Positions 17,098 through 26,571 of a DNA stretch of 43,007 nucleotides are shown in pieces. The translations under genes and the position numbers were made by a program. Source of the DNA: an uncultured bacterium (GTDB taxonomy: Bacteria > Patescibacteriota > Minisyncoccia > Phycocordibacterales > UBA5272); assembly GCA_903834855.1 (NCBI GenBank), contig CAILKS010000022.1, forward strand, positions 1 to 43,007, given 5' to 3'. Within the stretch, counting starts at the first letter, position 1. The number at the start of each line of letters is the position of its first letter. Under the pieces are notes generated by a model that was not told where the DNA came from, ran no database searches, and saw nothing but the letters and a program-made list of their open reading frames with translations.

Positions 17098-18132
17098 CTA
17101 CCAAGAGAGGGTACCGCCAGTCTTATACTCAGTAACCCTAGTCTCAAAGAAATTCTTCTCCTTCGACAAGTCTATAGCCTCACTCATCCATGGGAATGGA
17201 TTCTCTGACCCATAAACTGCCGGCAATCCTACTGCATTTAATCTTCTATCTGCAATATGTTCAGTATATTTTCTAAACCCTTCTGCATTCATACCAAAAA
17301 TACCTTTAGGGAAAACTGTAATAGCAAATTCATATTCTAATTCAACAGCTCTCTTCATTAAATTAGTTATACGCTCTTGAAATTCTGCTGTCCATAATTC
17401 TGGCTGTTCTTCTTTTATTGTGTTTATCATAAACACACCAAAGTTTAAATGGTTAGACTCATCACGCATAATATATTGTATCTGCTCAGCACTCGCAGTC
17501 ATTTTATTTTGTCTTTGAAGACCAAACATTACAGCAAATGATGAATAGAAGAATAATCCTTCCATTATAAGAGAGAATACACACATATTTTCAAGGAACT
17601 TTTGATCATTCTCAAATGTTCCTGTGTGAAAATTATCATCAAAAATACCTTCATTAAGCGAAAGAACTAAATTATCTTTGTTATAAATAGCAGCCTTCTC
17701 ACGATACATGTTGAATATTTTTCCCTGATCAAGACCAAGGGACTCCACAATATATTGATATGAATGCGTGTGTATCGCCTCTTCATATCCCTGACGAAGA
17801 AGATACATTCTCACCTCTGGTGATGTGATGTGCTTATAGAATGCGAGCACAACATTATTAGCAGCTAATGAATCAGCGGTAGAGAAGAATCCTAACACTG
17901 TTTCAAAAGCATCTCTTTCATCTTGCGTTAAAACATCTTTTGCCTTCCATTGCTCTATATCTCTCTGCATAGAGATTTCTGTTGGCAACCAATGATTTGC
18001 ATTTGCTGCCAAGTAAGTATCCCAAGCATAAGTATGCTTCATAGGATACAACTGCATAACATCAGCGTCTTTCCCGTTTATTATTTTTCTTTGATTTATG
18101 TCCACTTTTTCTGTGGTCGGTGTTATTGGCAT
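17098..18132 (-). CDS. nrdB: Class I ribonucleotide reductase beta subunit (tyrosyl-radical type)
   Basis: FFSTADS, EEAIHTHSY, EGLFFYSSF, RDESNH, EKNFFETRVTEY. Confidence 0.95.
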   Translation of the reverse strand: MPITPTTEKVDINQRKIINGKDADVMQLYPMKHTYAWDTYLAANANHWLPTEISMQRDIEQWKAKDVLTQDERDAFETVLGFFSTADSLAANNVVLAFYKHITSPEVRMYLLRQGYEEAIHTHSYQYIVESLGLDQGKIFNMYREKAAIYNKDNLVLSLNEGIFDDNFHTGTFENDQKFLENMCVFSLIMEGLFFYSSFAVMFGLQRQNKMTASAEQIQYIMRDESNHLNFGVFMINTIKEEQPELWTAEFQERITNLMKRAVELEYEFAITVFPKGIFGMNAEGFRKYTEHIADRRLNAVGLPAVYGSENPFPWMSEAIDLSKEKNFFETRVTEYKTGGTLSW

Positions 18133-18138
18133 GGTGTT

Positions 18139-18262
18139 TAATAGTTAATGGTTAATAAGTTAATAGTTACTGGTTACTGGTTACTGGTTACTGGGGGGAA
18201 GTTTACTTTATAAATCTTTTTGAATTAAAACTATAAACCATTAACTAGTAACTACAAACTAT
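18139..18262. repeat. Heptamer inverted arms (TGGTTAC/TAGTTAA family) between nrdA and nrdB
   Basis: tagttaatggttaa..tagttactggttactggttactggttactgg ... aaactataaaccattaactagtaactac. Confidence 0.82.
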
Positions 18263-21163
18263 CTAAGCTGAACAACTCTCACATTCTTCTTCTTGTATTG
18301 ACCTGTAAATTGTATATTTAGGTTTTTCAATTGTAACATTTTCTACTAATTCTGAAACAACCATACTTGGTATACTGCTAACTTCAACTACAGACGTTGC
18401 TGGTATTTCATTTATTTGATTTTGTGGTGTTAATATTGAAGCTTTTCCATCTCTTAAATGAGTAGAACCGAATTCAGAAGTGTTTACTGTAGATTTTTCC
18501 ACCTGTGAAGCACCTAGTGATCTAAGATAATAAGTTGTTTTTAATCCAAGATCATAAGCCAACATATAAATATCAGACAAATCCTTTCCAGAAGTTCCTT
18601 TGAAAAATACATTAATTGACTGTGCTTGATCTATCCACTTACCTCGTCTTGCTGCTGCTAAAATAAGCCACTTTTGATCTATATCAAATACTTCCTTATG
18701 TTTATTTTTAATCCCCTGTGGAATTTCACTTATACTCTGTACTGAACCATCATAGAATTTTATTTTGTTAACCATATCACGATTCCAAAGATTCATTTTC
18801 TTCAAATCTTCGACAAGATATTTATTAACTACAACGAATTCTCCTTCTTTATTACTTTTTACATAAATATTTTTATAAATTGGTTCTACAGTTGGTATAC
18901 AACCTACTAGATTTGCAGTAGAAGCAGTAGGCGCAATAGCCATAGTATTTGAATTTCTCATTCCGAACTCCTTAATATGATTTCTAACTGGTGTCCAGTC
19001 TAATTTACCACTCTTTGGAATATCAATTGTTGTATCTCTTTCTTGTTCAAGCAATGCAATTGTATCTTGTGGTAATATTCCCCTACTCCATTTAGATCCT
19101 TCATATGATTGATATTTTCCTTTTTCTCTAGCAAGCTCACTAGAAGAAAGTATCGTGTAATAAGAAAGCATTTCCATAGATTCATCAGCAAACTCCACTG
19201 CTTCATTTGAATCAAACAAAATACCCATACCGTATAGTGCATCATGATAACCACGAATACCGAGTCCAATTGGGCGATGCTTCATATTTGAAGCTCTACT
19301 GTCATCTGTAGGGTAATAATTTATATCTATAGTATTGTCTATCATTCGAACAGAAAATCTAACAACCTTTTGTAATAACTCTCTATCAATTGTTTTATCT
19401 GCTTTAATAAACTTTACCAAATTAATAGAACCTAAATTACAAACAGCTGTTTCATTGGGGCCAGTGTTCAACATAATCTCTGTACAAAGATTAGATGAGT
19501 GTATGACGCCAGCATGATCTTGCGGTGAACGAATATTTGATGGATCCTTAAAACAAATCCAAGGGTGACCTGTTTCAAATAACATACCAATCATTTTCTT
19601 CCAAAGATCTTTTGCTTTAATTACTTTAAATAATTTAATTTTTCCCTCGGCAGCCATCTTTTCATATTCTTCATAGCGAGCATTAAATTTCTTACCATAG
19701 ATGTCCGGTAGGTCAGGTGTCTCATCCGGTGAGAACAGTGTCCAATCTTTATCAGCTTTAACTCTTTCCATAAATAGGTCTGGAATCCAGTTTGCTGTAT
19801 TTAAGTCGTGAGTTCTGCGTCTTTCATCACCTGTATTTTTACGAAGTTCCAAAAAGTCCTCAATGTCCACATGCCATGTCTCCAAATAAACAACAGATGC
19901 CGCACGTCTTTTGCCGCTTCTCATAACGCAGACATTTATATCATTAGCAATTTTCAAATAAGGAACTACACCTTGAGAAGTTATATCTATTGATTTAACC
20001 GATGCCCCTGTACCACGAACCTTTGACCAACTTGTACCTACTCCTCCTGACCATTTCAAAAGTTGAGCATTATCAGAATACATTCTAAATATTTCACGAA
20101 GATCATCCGGTACCATATTCAAGAAACAATTAGATAATTGAGCCTTTATTGTACCTGACTGGAATAGAGTTCTACCGCCTGGTGTATAGTAGAATTCAGA
20201 CAAAATATCATAGAAATTCTTTGTAATTTCATCTCTTTTACTTTTTTCTTCAACCAAAGCAGCCCCCATAGCTATACGCATCCAAAACATTTGTGGAGAC
20301 TCTAATGGTAACTTTGTCTCACTATCTTCTATCAAATATCTTGAAGATAAAATTTCAAGACCCATATACTCAAAATTATAATCTCTTTCTAAGACCAAAG
20401 AATCCGTCAACTTTTCTAAATCAAAATCAAGCATTCTAGCATCAAACTTTTTCATCTCAACCATCTTCTTTATATATGATGGATAAAACTTTTTCATCTC
20501 AGCTTTTATATTTCCAAAATCAACATTGTTTCCAAAAACTTGTTTATATAATTTTGATAGTAAAAGTCTTGATGCAACTTTTGAGTAAACAGGGTCAAGT
20601 TCTATCATTGATCTTATATTCATAATCAAAATTTTTCTGACATCGTTGGTAGACATGTTTTCAAATATGTCTAACTTAACCTGATTGAGAACAATATCTG
20701 TTTCAAATAATTTTCTCTCTTCTTCGGAAATGGTAGCAAGGGCAAACATCAAACTCTTTTTTACTTTTTCAAAATTAAATCTCTCCATTCTTCCATCACT
20801 CTTCTTTATCATAAGACCCCCTTCTTCTATTTTTTCTACAATCTCTTGCTTCTTTTCTTCACGCATTTTCTGATGTTCGAAACGATAAATAATATAATGT
20901 TTTGCAACATCAAAAAATCCAGCACCCATAATATGCTTCTCTACAATATCTTGTAAATGCTCAACAGAAGGAAAATATTCCTCTCGTGTTAAAAATTCTA
21001 ATTCAATTTCTTTAACTACAAGTTCTGTAATACGTTTACAAATTTCTGCCTTCTCATCTCTTGTAACACTCACAAAAGCTTTCTTTAAAGCACTCTCTAT
21101 CTTACTTTGCTCAAAGGAAACTATCTCACCATTTCTCTTCTTAACCGTTTGTAAAATAGACAT
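18263..21163 (-). CDS. nrdA: Class I ribonucleotide reductase alpha subunit with two N-terminal ATP cones
   Basis: VKKRNG and IKKSDG cone starts, LSNCF, SSNLCTEI, VCNLGS, APTAS, KTTYYLR, C-terminal CESC. Confidence 0.96.
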   Translation of the reverse strand: MSILQTVKKRNGEIVSFEQSKIESALKKAFVSVTRDEKAEICKRITELVVKEIELEFLTREEYFPSVEHLQDIVEKHIMGAGFFDVAKHYIIYRFEHQKMREEKKQEIVEKIEEGGLMIKKSDGRMERFNFEKVKKSLMFALATISEEERKLFETDIVLNQVKLDIFENMSTNDVRKILIMNIRSMIELDPVYSKVASRLLLSKLYKQVFGNNVDFGNIKAEMKKFYPSYIKKMVEMKKFDARMLDFDLEKLTDSLVLERDYNFEYMGLEILSSRYLIEDSETKLPLESPQMFWMRIAMGAALVEEKSKRDEITKNFYDILSEFYYTPGGRTLFQSGTIKAQLSNCFLNMVPDDLREIFRMYSDNAQLLKWSGGVGTSWSKVRGTGASVKSIDITSQGVVPYLKIANDINVCVMRSGKRRAASVVYLETWHVDIEDFLELRKNTGDERRRTHDLNTANWIPDLFMERVKADKDWTLFSPDETPDLPDIYGKKFNARYEEYEKMAAEGKIKLFKVIKAKDLWKKMIGMLFETGHPWICFKDPSNIRSPQDHAGVIHSSNLCTEIMLNTGPNETAVCNLGSINLVKFIKADKTIDRELLQKVVRFSVRMIDNTIDINYYPTDDSRASNMKHRPIGLGIRGYHDALYGMGILFDSNEAVEFADESMEMLSYYTILSSSELAREKGKYQSYEGSKWSRGILPQDTIALLEQERDTTIDIPKSGKLDWTPVRNHIKEFGMRNSNTMAIAPTASTANLVGCIPTVEPIYKNIYVKSNKEGEFVVVNKYLVEDLKKMNLWNRDMVNKIKFYDGSVQSISEIPQGIKNKHKEVFDIDQKWLILAAARRGKWIDQAQSINVFFKGTSGKDLSDIYMLAYDLGLKTTYYLRSLGASQVEKSTVNTSEFGSTHLRDGKASILTPQNQINEIPATSVVEVSSIPSMVVSELVENVTIEKPKYTIYRSIQEEECESCSA

Positions 21164-21284
21164 ACACGTTTCATTTTCATTACATTTTTAATATATTCAG
21201 TATATATAAAATGACTCCAAAAGGCACTTTTCATGCCATTTTTTAGTGTCAAGAGTTACCCTTGACATAGTGTAAATATTTGGT

Positions 21285-22499
21285 TTAGATACGCTTATCT
21301 CGTAAGCTTTTGTGGTAACCAATAGCAAATCTATGTGCCTCCCCATTACCCAAAAATATTTCCTTTGTATGGTAATCCACATATTCTTTCCTACCTAAGA
21401 CCTCTTTTGGCTTGTGACGATCATCCTTAACCACAGATACACAAGGTATAGAAATACCCAATATCGCTAATGTTTTTTCTGCAGTTTGTTTATGAGCAAC
21501 ACCACCATCGATAACAATTAAATCAGGGAAGCGCCATTCTTTATGAGAAAATCTTCTTGTTAAAATTTCTCGTAGACCTGCATAATCATCATTTATGTTT
21601 TCAGGTAATTTAAATTTTCTATATTCATCTGTTACTTTTTCTTTTCCTTCAATAACTGTCATAACACCTACGCGAGAGGTTCCAGAAATGTGTGCAACAT
21701 CATAACTCTCAATACGAAAATTATTATCTTTAAATGAAGTTACATTATCATCTTTAATTAAATTAACATCTTTAATATGATCAATCGCAAAAAGTGTATT
21801 ACGCACCTTAGCAGCTTTTTCAAATAAATGTTTCTTTGCATAATCATTCATTTCTTTTTCTAAAGATTTCTTTATGTCTGTTTTTTTACCTTCAAAGAAT
21901 TTTCTAATATTAGAGATATTCTTTTTATATTCTGTTTCAGATATCAAACCCACACACACCCCAGGACAAAGTTTTATTTGAGCATTAAAACACATTTTAT
22001 TTTGATTAAGCTCACACTTATCACGATATGGAAACATTTTACGAATTATTTTCATCGCCTCTTTTAATTGTGTAAGAGAAGCAAATGGCCCGTAAACAGC
22101 GAGCGTTTCTTTTTTTGTAAATCGTTTTTCAAAATCGCGAATTCTAAGAGTTAAAACTCTTGGAAACTTTTCTTTAGTTATAACTACACAAGTAAAACTT
22201 TTATCATCTTTTTCTTTTGTGTTATATGTTGGGTTATTATCTTTAATCAATTTACTCTCAAGTAACAAAGCCTCAAGCACACTATCTGTTTCTTGGAAGG
22301 TCACATGGTGAGCGGCCGCAATCATTCCAACTAATCTTACTCCTCTTGTTTTTATTAAGTCATTAGAAAAGTAACTCTTCACTCTGTCAGATAGCGAAGT
22401 AGCTTTTCCTATATAAAGAATGTTATTTTCACTATCTCTAAAGAAATAAACCCCTGGATTATCAGGAAGTTTGGCTGTGGATAGCTCTTGCTTTTTCAT
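21285..22499 (-). CDS. uvrC: UvrC-family excinuclease, compact form
   Basis: LPDNPGVY..YIGKA GIY-YIG domain, UVR FEKAAKVRN, RIESYDVAHISG, PDLIVIDGG, EAHRFAI. Confidence 0.88.
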   Translation of the reverse strand: MKKQELSTAKLPDNPGVYFFRDSENNILYIGKATSLSDRVKSYFSNDLIKTRGVRLVGMIAAAHHVTFQETDSVLEALLLESKLIKDNNPTYNTKEKDDKSFTCVVITKEKFPRVLTLRIRDFEKRFTKKETLAVYGPFASLTQLKEAMKIIRKMFPYRDKCELNQNKMCFNAQIKLCPGVCVGLISETEYKKNISNIRKFFEGKKTDIKKSLEKEMNDYAKKHLFEKAAKVRNTLFAIDHIKDVNLIKDDNVTSFKDNNFRIESYDVAHISGTSRVGVMTVIEGKEKVTDEYRKFKLPENINDDYAGLREILTRRFSHKEWRFPDLIVIDGGVAHKQTAEKTLAILGISIPCVSVVKDDRHKPKEVLGRKEYVDYHTKEIFLGNGEAHRFAIGYHKSLRDKRI

Positions 22500-22677
22500 G
22501 AGATATATTGTATAATAAAATGTCGCTTAATTCAACCAACACTTAAAAAATGAAGAATTGGAAGGGTTTTACGACACGGGCCTTTTATATCTTTTAGGAA
22601 AATAGGTTCCTGAAAGCCCTATAAAGGGATAACAGTACAAAAACGAGGTAGAGAAAAAATGGTTAACAACCAAGAAA

Positions 22678-22863
22678 ATGGGCAGCAAAGCCCACAAAAA
22701 ACCGGCACCGACGAGTGCCAAACGGCTGAGACGATCAAAGTGGAAGTTCGCACTCCGGTGCAGAATTGCCCATCGGCTCGACCTTCGATGGCTGGAAATT
22801 ACCAGCCAAAGGGCTACCGCCTTATGGGCGATGGCCGACAATGGTAGGTGGTCAGCGGCGTAA
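22678..22863 (+). CDS. Small hypothetical basic protein (alternative frame 22659-22847 possible)
   Basis: GC-richer patch between uvrC and uvrA followed by a terminator hairpin; the frame is ambiguous. Confidence 0.3.
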   Translation: MGSKAHKKPAPTSAKRLRRSKWKFALRCRIAHRLDLRWLEITSQRATALWAMADNGRWSAA

Positions 22864-22875
22864 GCCAATTTGACC

Positions 22876-22917
22876 AAAGGGCATCCTCACAGGTGCCCTT
22901 TTGTATTTCTTTTTTTC
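22876..22917 (+). terminator. Intrinsic terminator
   Basis: aaagggcatc / ggtgcccttt followed by a T-rich tail. Confidence 0.6.
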
Positions 22918-22965
22918 TAATTAAAACGTAAAAAGTAGTCTTAACTGCAAGATACATCCAATGTC

Positions 22966-23005
22966 TGTATTTTTTGAAAATTGATAATTGATAATTGATA
23001 ATTAA
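22966..23005 (-). repeat. Solo heptamer array downstream of uvrA
   Basis: tgtattttttgaaaattgataattgataattgataatt. Confidence 0.88.
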
Positions 23006-23025
23006 TTTAGTGTCCACTTTCAACT

Positions 23026-25650
23026 TTATAAACTCGCTTTTTTACGTTTGAGAACTTTCTTCAAATATTGTCCAGTATAACTATTAGTATTTGACGCCAC
23101 CTGCTCTGGATTTCCAGTTGCTACAATTTTCCCACCCCCTACTCCACCTTCAGGTCCAATATCAATAACATGATCTGCTGATTTTACAATATCCAAATTG
23201 TGTTCAATCAAAACTACTGTATTTCCCTTATCGACTAATCTATTTAATATTTCTAATAATTTAACTATATCTTCATAGTGGAGTCCAATTGATGGCTCAT
23301 CTAAAAGATAAATTGTTTTCTCAACATGGGGACGATAAAGCTCTGAAGAAATTTTTACACGTTGTGCTTCCCCTCCTGAAAGGGTCGTTGCTGACTGTCC
23401 AAGTTCTAAATATCCCAAACCTACATCTGACAAAGTTTTTACTCTGTCATAAATTGCTGGGATTTCATAAAAGAAAGTTAAAGCTTCTTCAACTGTCATA
23501 CAAAGTACATCATAAATACTTTTTCCTTTCCATTTGACTTCAAGTGTCTCTTTCATAAATCTTTTACCTAAACAAACATCACATTCAACATACACAGTTG
23601 GAAGAAAGTGCATCTCAACAGCAATCTCACCATTACCCTGACAAACTTCACAACGTCCGCCTTTAACATTAAATGAAAATCTTGATGGCTTCCAGCCACG
23701 GATTCTCGCCTCTTCACTTTCTGCAAACAGATCTCTAATATGAGTCCATGCACCAGTATAAGTGGCTGGATTACTTCTTGGTGTACGACCAATAGCCCCC
23801 TGATCAATTAATACAACGCGAGACAAATATTCCGTACCAGAAAATGATTCACAATTATAAATTTTTGCAGAACGATTACGGCGCTCCAATCTTGCAAGTA
23901 AATTCTTATATAAAATCTCATACATCAAAGAACTTTTACCAGAACCAGATACTCCTGTGATGGCCGTCATGCGACCAAGTGGAACATTCACATTCATATT
24001 TTTAATATTAAAAATATTACCACCAGTTATTCGTAGTGTCCCTTTATCGTGATCACGACGAGCTGGTATTGGAATTTCTTTTTCACCACGAAGATACGCC
24101 AAAGTCACACTTCCGGACTTATTTCTTGGTGCAGTTAATAATTCTTCTAAATATCCAGCCACTACAACCTCTCCACCGTGAACTCCAGCCTTCGGACCGA
24201 TATCGACAATATAATCAGATGCAAAAATTGTATCTTCATCATGTTCCACAATGATAATTGTATTTCCAATATCTTTTAAGTGAGTAAGAGTTTTTATGAG
24301 TCTTTCATTATCACGCTGATGTAGCCCGATAGTCGGCTCATCAAGCACATAAAGCGCTCCAACCAACTGTGATCCAAGTTGTGAAGCTAATCGTATACGC
24401 TGAGCTTCTCCGCCTGAGAGCGTGTCAGCTTTTCTATTTAATGCTAAATAATTTAATCCGACATTTAACATAAATTTTAATCTGGATTCTATTTCTTTTA
24501 TTACGACAGCTGCAATCTCTTGTTCTTTTTTAGAAAGTGGGAGTCTTTCAAAATAAGTTAATGCATCTTGTATTGAAAGTGCAGTTATATCTACTATATT
24601 TATTTTTTCTACATCATCTAAAAAGACATTTAATGCCTCTGGTCTTAAACGTTTACCAAAACATACATCACACTCATCTAATCCACCAAAATATTTTGTA
24701 CCCAAACCATTACAAGATGGGCACGCACCGTATGGAGAGTTGAAAGAAAATAAACGAGGTTCAATTTCTGGAAATGAAAATCCACAATTAGCACAAGAAA
24801 ACTTATTACTCATGATTGTTTTATCACCAAGTATTTCTACTTCGAGTAACCCATTTGATTCGTGTAATGCCCTTTCAATAGCTTCAGACAATCTTATCAT
24901 TGCATCTTTTTCTGTATGTTTATTTCTAAAATCGTCCAGTGCGATAGAATCAACAACTATAGATATTTCATGCTTCTTAGTTTTAGAAAGTACTATTTGT
25001 TCACGAAGTGAATAACGTTTACCATCAACAACAGCTTCCGTATAACCCTTTCCGAGCATGTCATAAAGCATTTGATAATGTTCCCCTTTTCTGCCGCGGA
25101 CCAAAGGTGAAAGGATATGAAGTTCTGCATGAGAAAATTCGACACCAAGAATTTCTTTTTTATTCTTCTTATCATCAGCCTTTTTTACTTTATCTAAAAT
25201 AAAATGCATTATTTCCTCATTTGAAAGTTTCTGAATTTTTGAACCACACTCTACACAATATGGTTTACCAACACGTGCATAGAGAACACGCAGATAATCA
25301 TAAATTTCTGTAATAGTAGCAACTGTCGAACGAGGGTTACGGCCAGCTGATTTCTGGTCAATAGAAATAGCGGGAGAAAGTCCTACAATCTCGTCAACGT
25401 CTGGCTTCTGTAATTGTGTTAAAAACTGTCTAGCATAGGCAGAGAGAGACTCAACATAACGACGTTGTCCTTCAGCAAAAATAGTATCAAAAGCAAGAGA
25501 TGACTTTCCAGAACCAGACAGGCCGGTAAATACGATCATCTTGTGACGAGGCATTTCTACTGTGATATTTTTTAGATTATGTGTTCTAGCACCTTTGACA
25601 ATAATCTTTTCAATATGATCTATTTTTTCTTCTGTTTTCTTTGTATTCAT
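23026..25650 (-). CDS. uvrA: Excinuclease ABC subunit A
   Basis: GARTHNLKN, two Walker A motifs (GLSGSGKSS, GVSGSGKSS), two LSGGEAQR signatures, CxxC zinc motifs. Confidence 0.97.
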   Translation of the reverse strand: MNTKKTEEKIDHIEKIIVKGARTHNLKNITVEMPRHKMIVFTGLSGSGKSSLAFDTIFAEGQRRYVESLSAYARQFLTQLQKPDVDEIVGLSPAISIDQKSAGRNPRSTVATITEIYDYLRVLYARVGKPYCVECGSKIQKLSNEEIMHFILDKVKKADDKKNKKEILGVEFSHAELHILSPLVRGRKGEHYQMLYDMLGKGYTEAVVDGKRYSLREQIVLSKTKKHEISIVVDSIALDDFRNKHTEKDAMIRLSEAIERALHESNGLLEVEILGDKTIMSNKFSCANCGFSFPEIEPRLFSFNSPYGACPSCNGLGTKYFGGLDECDVCFGKRLRPEALNVFLDDVEKINIVDITALSIQDALTYFERLPLSKKEQEIAAVVIKEIESRLKFMLNVGLNYLALNRKADTLSGGEAQRIRLASQLGSQLVGALYVLDEPTIGLHQRDNERLIKTLTHLKDIGNTIIIVEHDEDTIFASDYIVDIGPKAGVHGGEVVVAGYLEELLTAPRNKSGSVTLAYLRGEKEIPIPARRDHDKGTLRITGGNIFNIKNMNVNVPLGRMTAITGVSGSGKSSLMYEILYKNLLARLERRNRSAKIYNCESFSGTEYLSRVVLIDQGAIGRTPRSNPATYTGAWTHIRDLFAESEEARIRGWKPSRFSFNVKGGRCEVCQGNGEIAVEMHFLPTVYVECDVCLGKRFMKETLEVKWKGKSIYDVLCMTVEEALTFFYEIPAIYDRVKTLSDVGLGYLELGQSATTLSGGEAQRVKISSELYRPHVEKTIYLLDEPSIGLHYEDIVKLLEILNRLVDKGNTVVLIEHNLDIVKSADHVIDIGPEGGVGGGKIVATGNPEQVASNTNSYTGQYLKKVLKRKKASL

Positions 25651-25658
25651 GTGGGGTA

Positions 25659-25763
25659 GTTTTTAGACATCAGACATTAGATTTTAGATGACTCAAAATT
25701 CTAATACTTTAATCAATTAAAATCTATATTTTGAAAATTGATACTTGAAAATTGATAATTAAT
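25659..25763. repeat. Two heptamer arrays upstream of uvrA (YAGAYWT and TTGAWAA families)
   Basis: ttttagacatcagacattagattttaga; ttttgaaaattgatacttgaaaattgataatt. Confidence 0.78.
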
Positions 25764-25824
25764 CCAATCATTAGGGTATTGGATTATAACACAAAAACTA
25801 GTAAAAGTCGACCAAAAATAGACT

Positions 25825-25915
25825 TTCAGATTACAGAAACCAGACGACAGTAAATACAAATACAGGTGGCCACTTCGTGGCCACCTGTATTTCTGTTATC
25901 TGTAATCTGTGTCTT
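25825..25915. repeat. 35-bp palindrome copy 2 (25858-25892) flanked by CAGA/TCTG heptamer arms
   Basis: ttcagattacagaaaccagacgacagtaaatac [palindrome] ctgttatctgtaatctgtgtc. Confidence 0.88.
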
Positions 25916-25955
25916 CTCTCCCCTCTTAACTCTTTCCTTTATCTTCTATCTACCC

Positions 25956-26498
25956 CTACTGTCCAACAAATGATTCTCTTATCTCAGAGATAACACTTTC
26001 ATTTCCTTTGTCAGACTTAATTACAGCAAGCCACTTTTCATTTTTAAATGAAGCAATATCCCATACTAATGTATTTGTTTCAAAATGATACCAAAGTACA
26101 CCATTTACCATTAATGTATTTTTAATAAGTGGCGCAGCTTCTAATGTTGGTAAAATAATATTATCGAAATACTGCTCTTCTGTATATCCTTTGTATTCTT
26201 GATTACTTAAATAAATAAAAGCTTTCTGTGTTCCTAAAATAGAATCATTCATAATTACCGTACGTCCACCATCTTCAAAAACTTCTGTTAAAGTTTTTGG
26301 TGAGGTGAAGTGATAAGCTAACACACTTTCTCCAGCATAAAGAGGAGTAGTGGAGCCGACAACTGATGAAGATATATTTATCTTAACAATGTCTATTTTT
26401 TCTTTTTTAGAATTAAGAATCTTAAACCCTGCCACAACAATAACAATTATAATAAAAGCAATAAATGTCCACTTAAAAAAACTATTTTTATCTTGCAT
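25956..26498 (-). CDS. Hypothetical membrane-anchored protein
   Basis: Single N-terminal TM segment; TATACT lies 8 nt upstream of ATG 26498. Confidence 0.7.
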   Translation of the reverse strand: MQDKNSFFKWTFIAFIIIVIVVAGFKILNSKKEKIDIVKINISSSVVGSTTPLYAGESVLAYHFTSPKTLTEVFEDGGRTVIMNDSILGTQKAFIYLSNQEYKGYTEEQYFDNIILPTLEAAPLIKNTLMVNGVLWYHFETNTLVWDIASFKNEKWLAVIKSDKGNESVISEIRESFVGQ

Positions 26499-26571
26499 AT
26501 GACTCAAGTATACTCTTCTTATAAAAAGTAAGCAAAGACTGATTTATAAGGAGTTTTTAGATGTTTTATGT

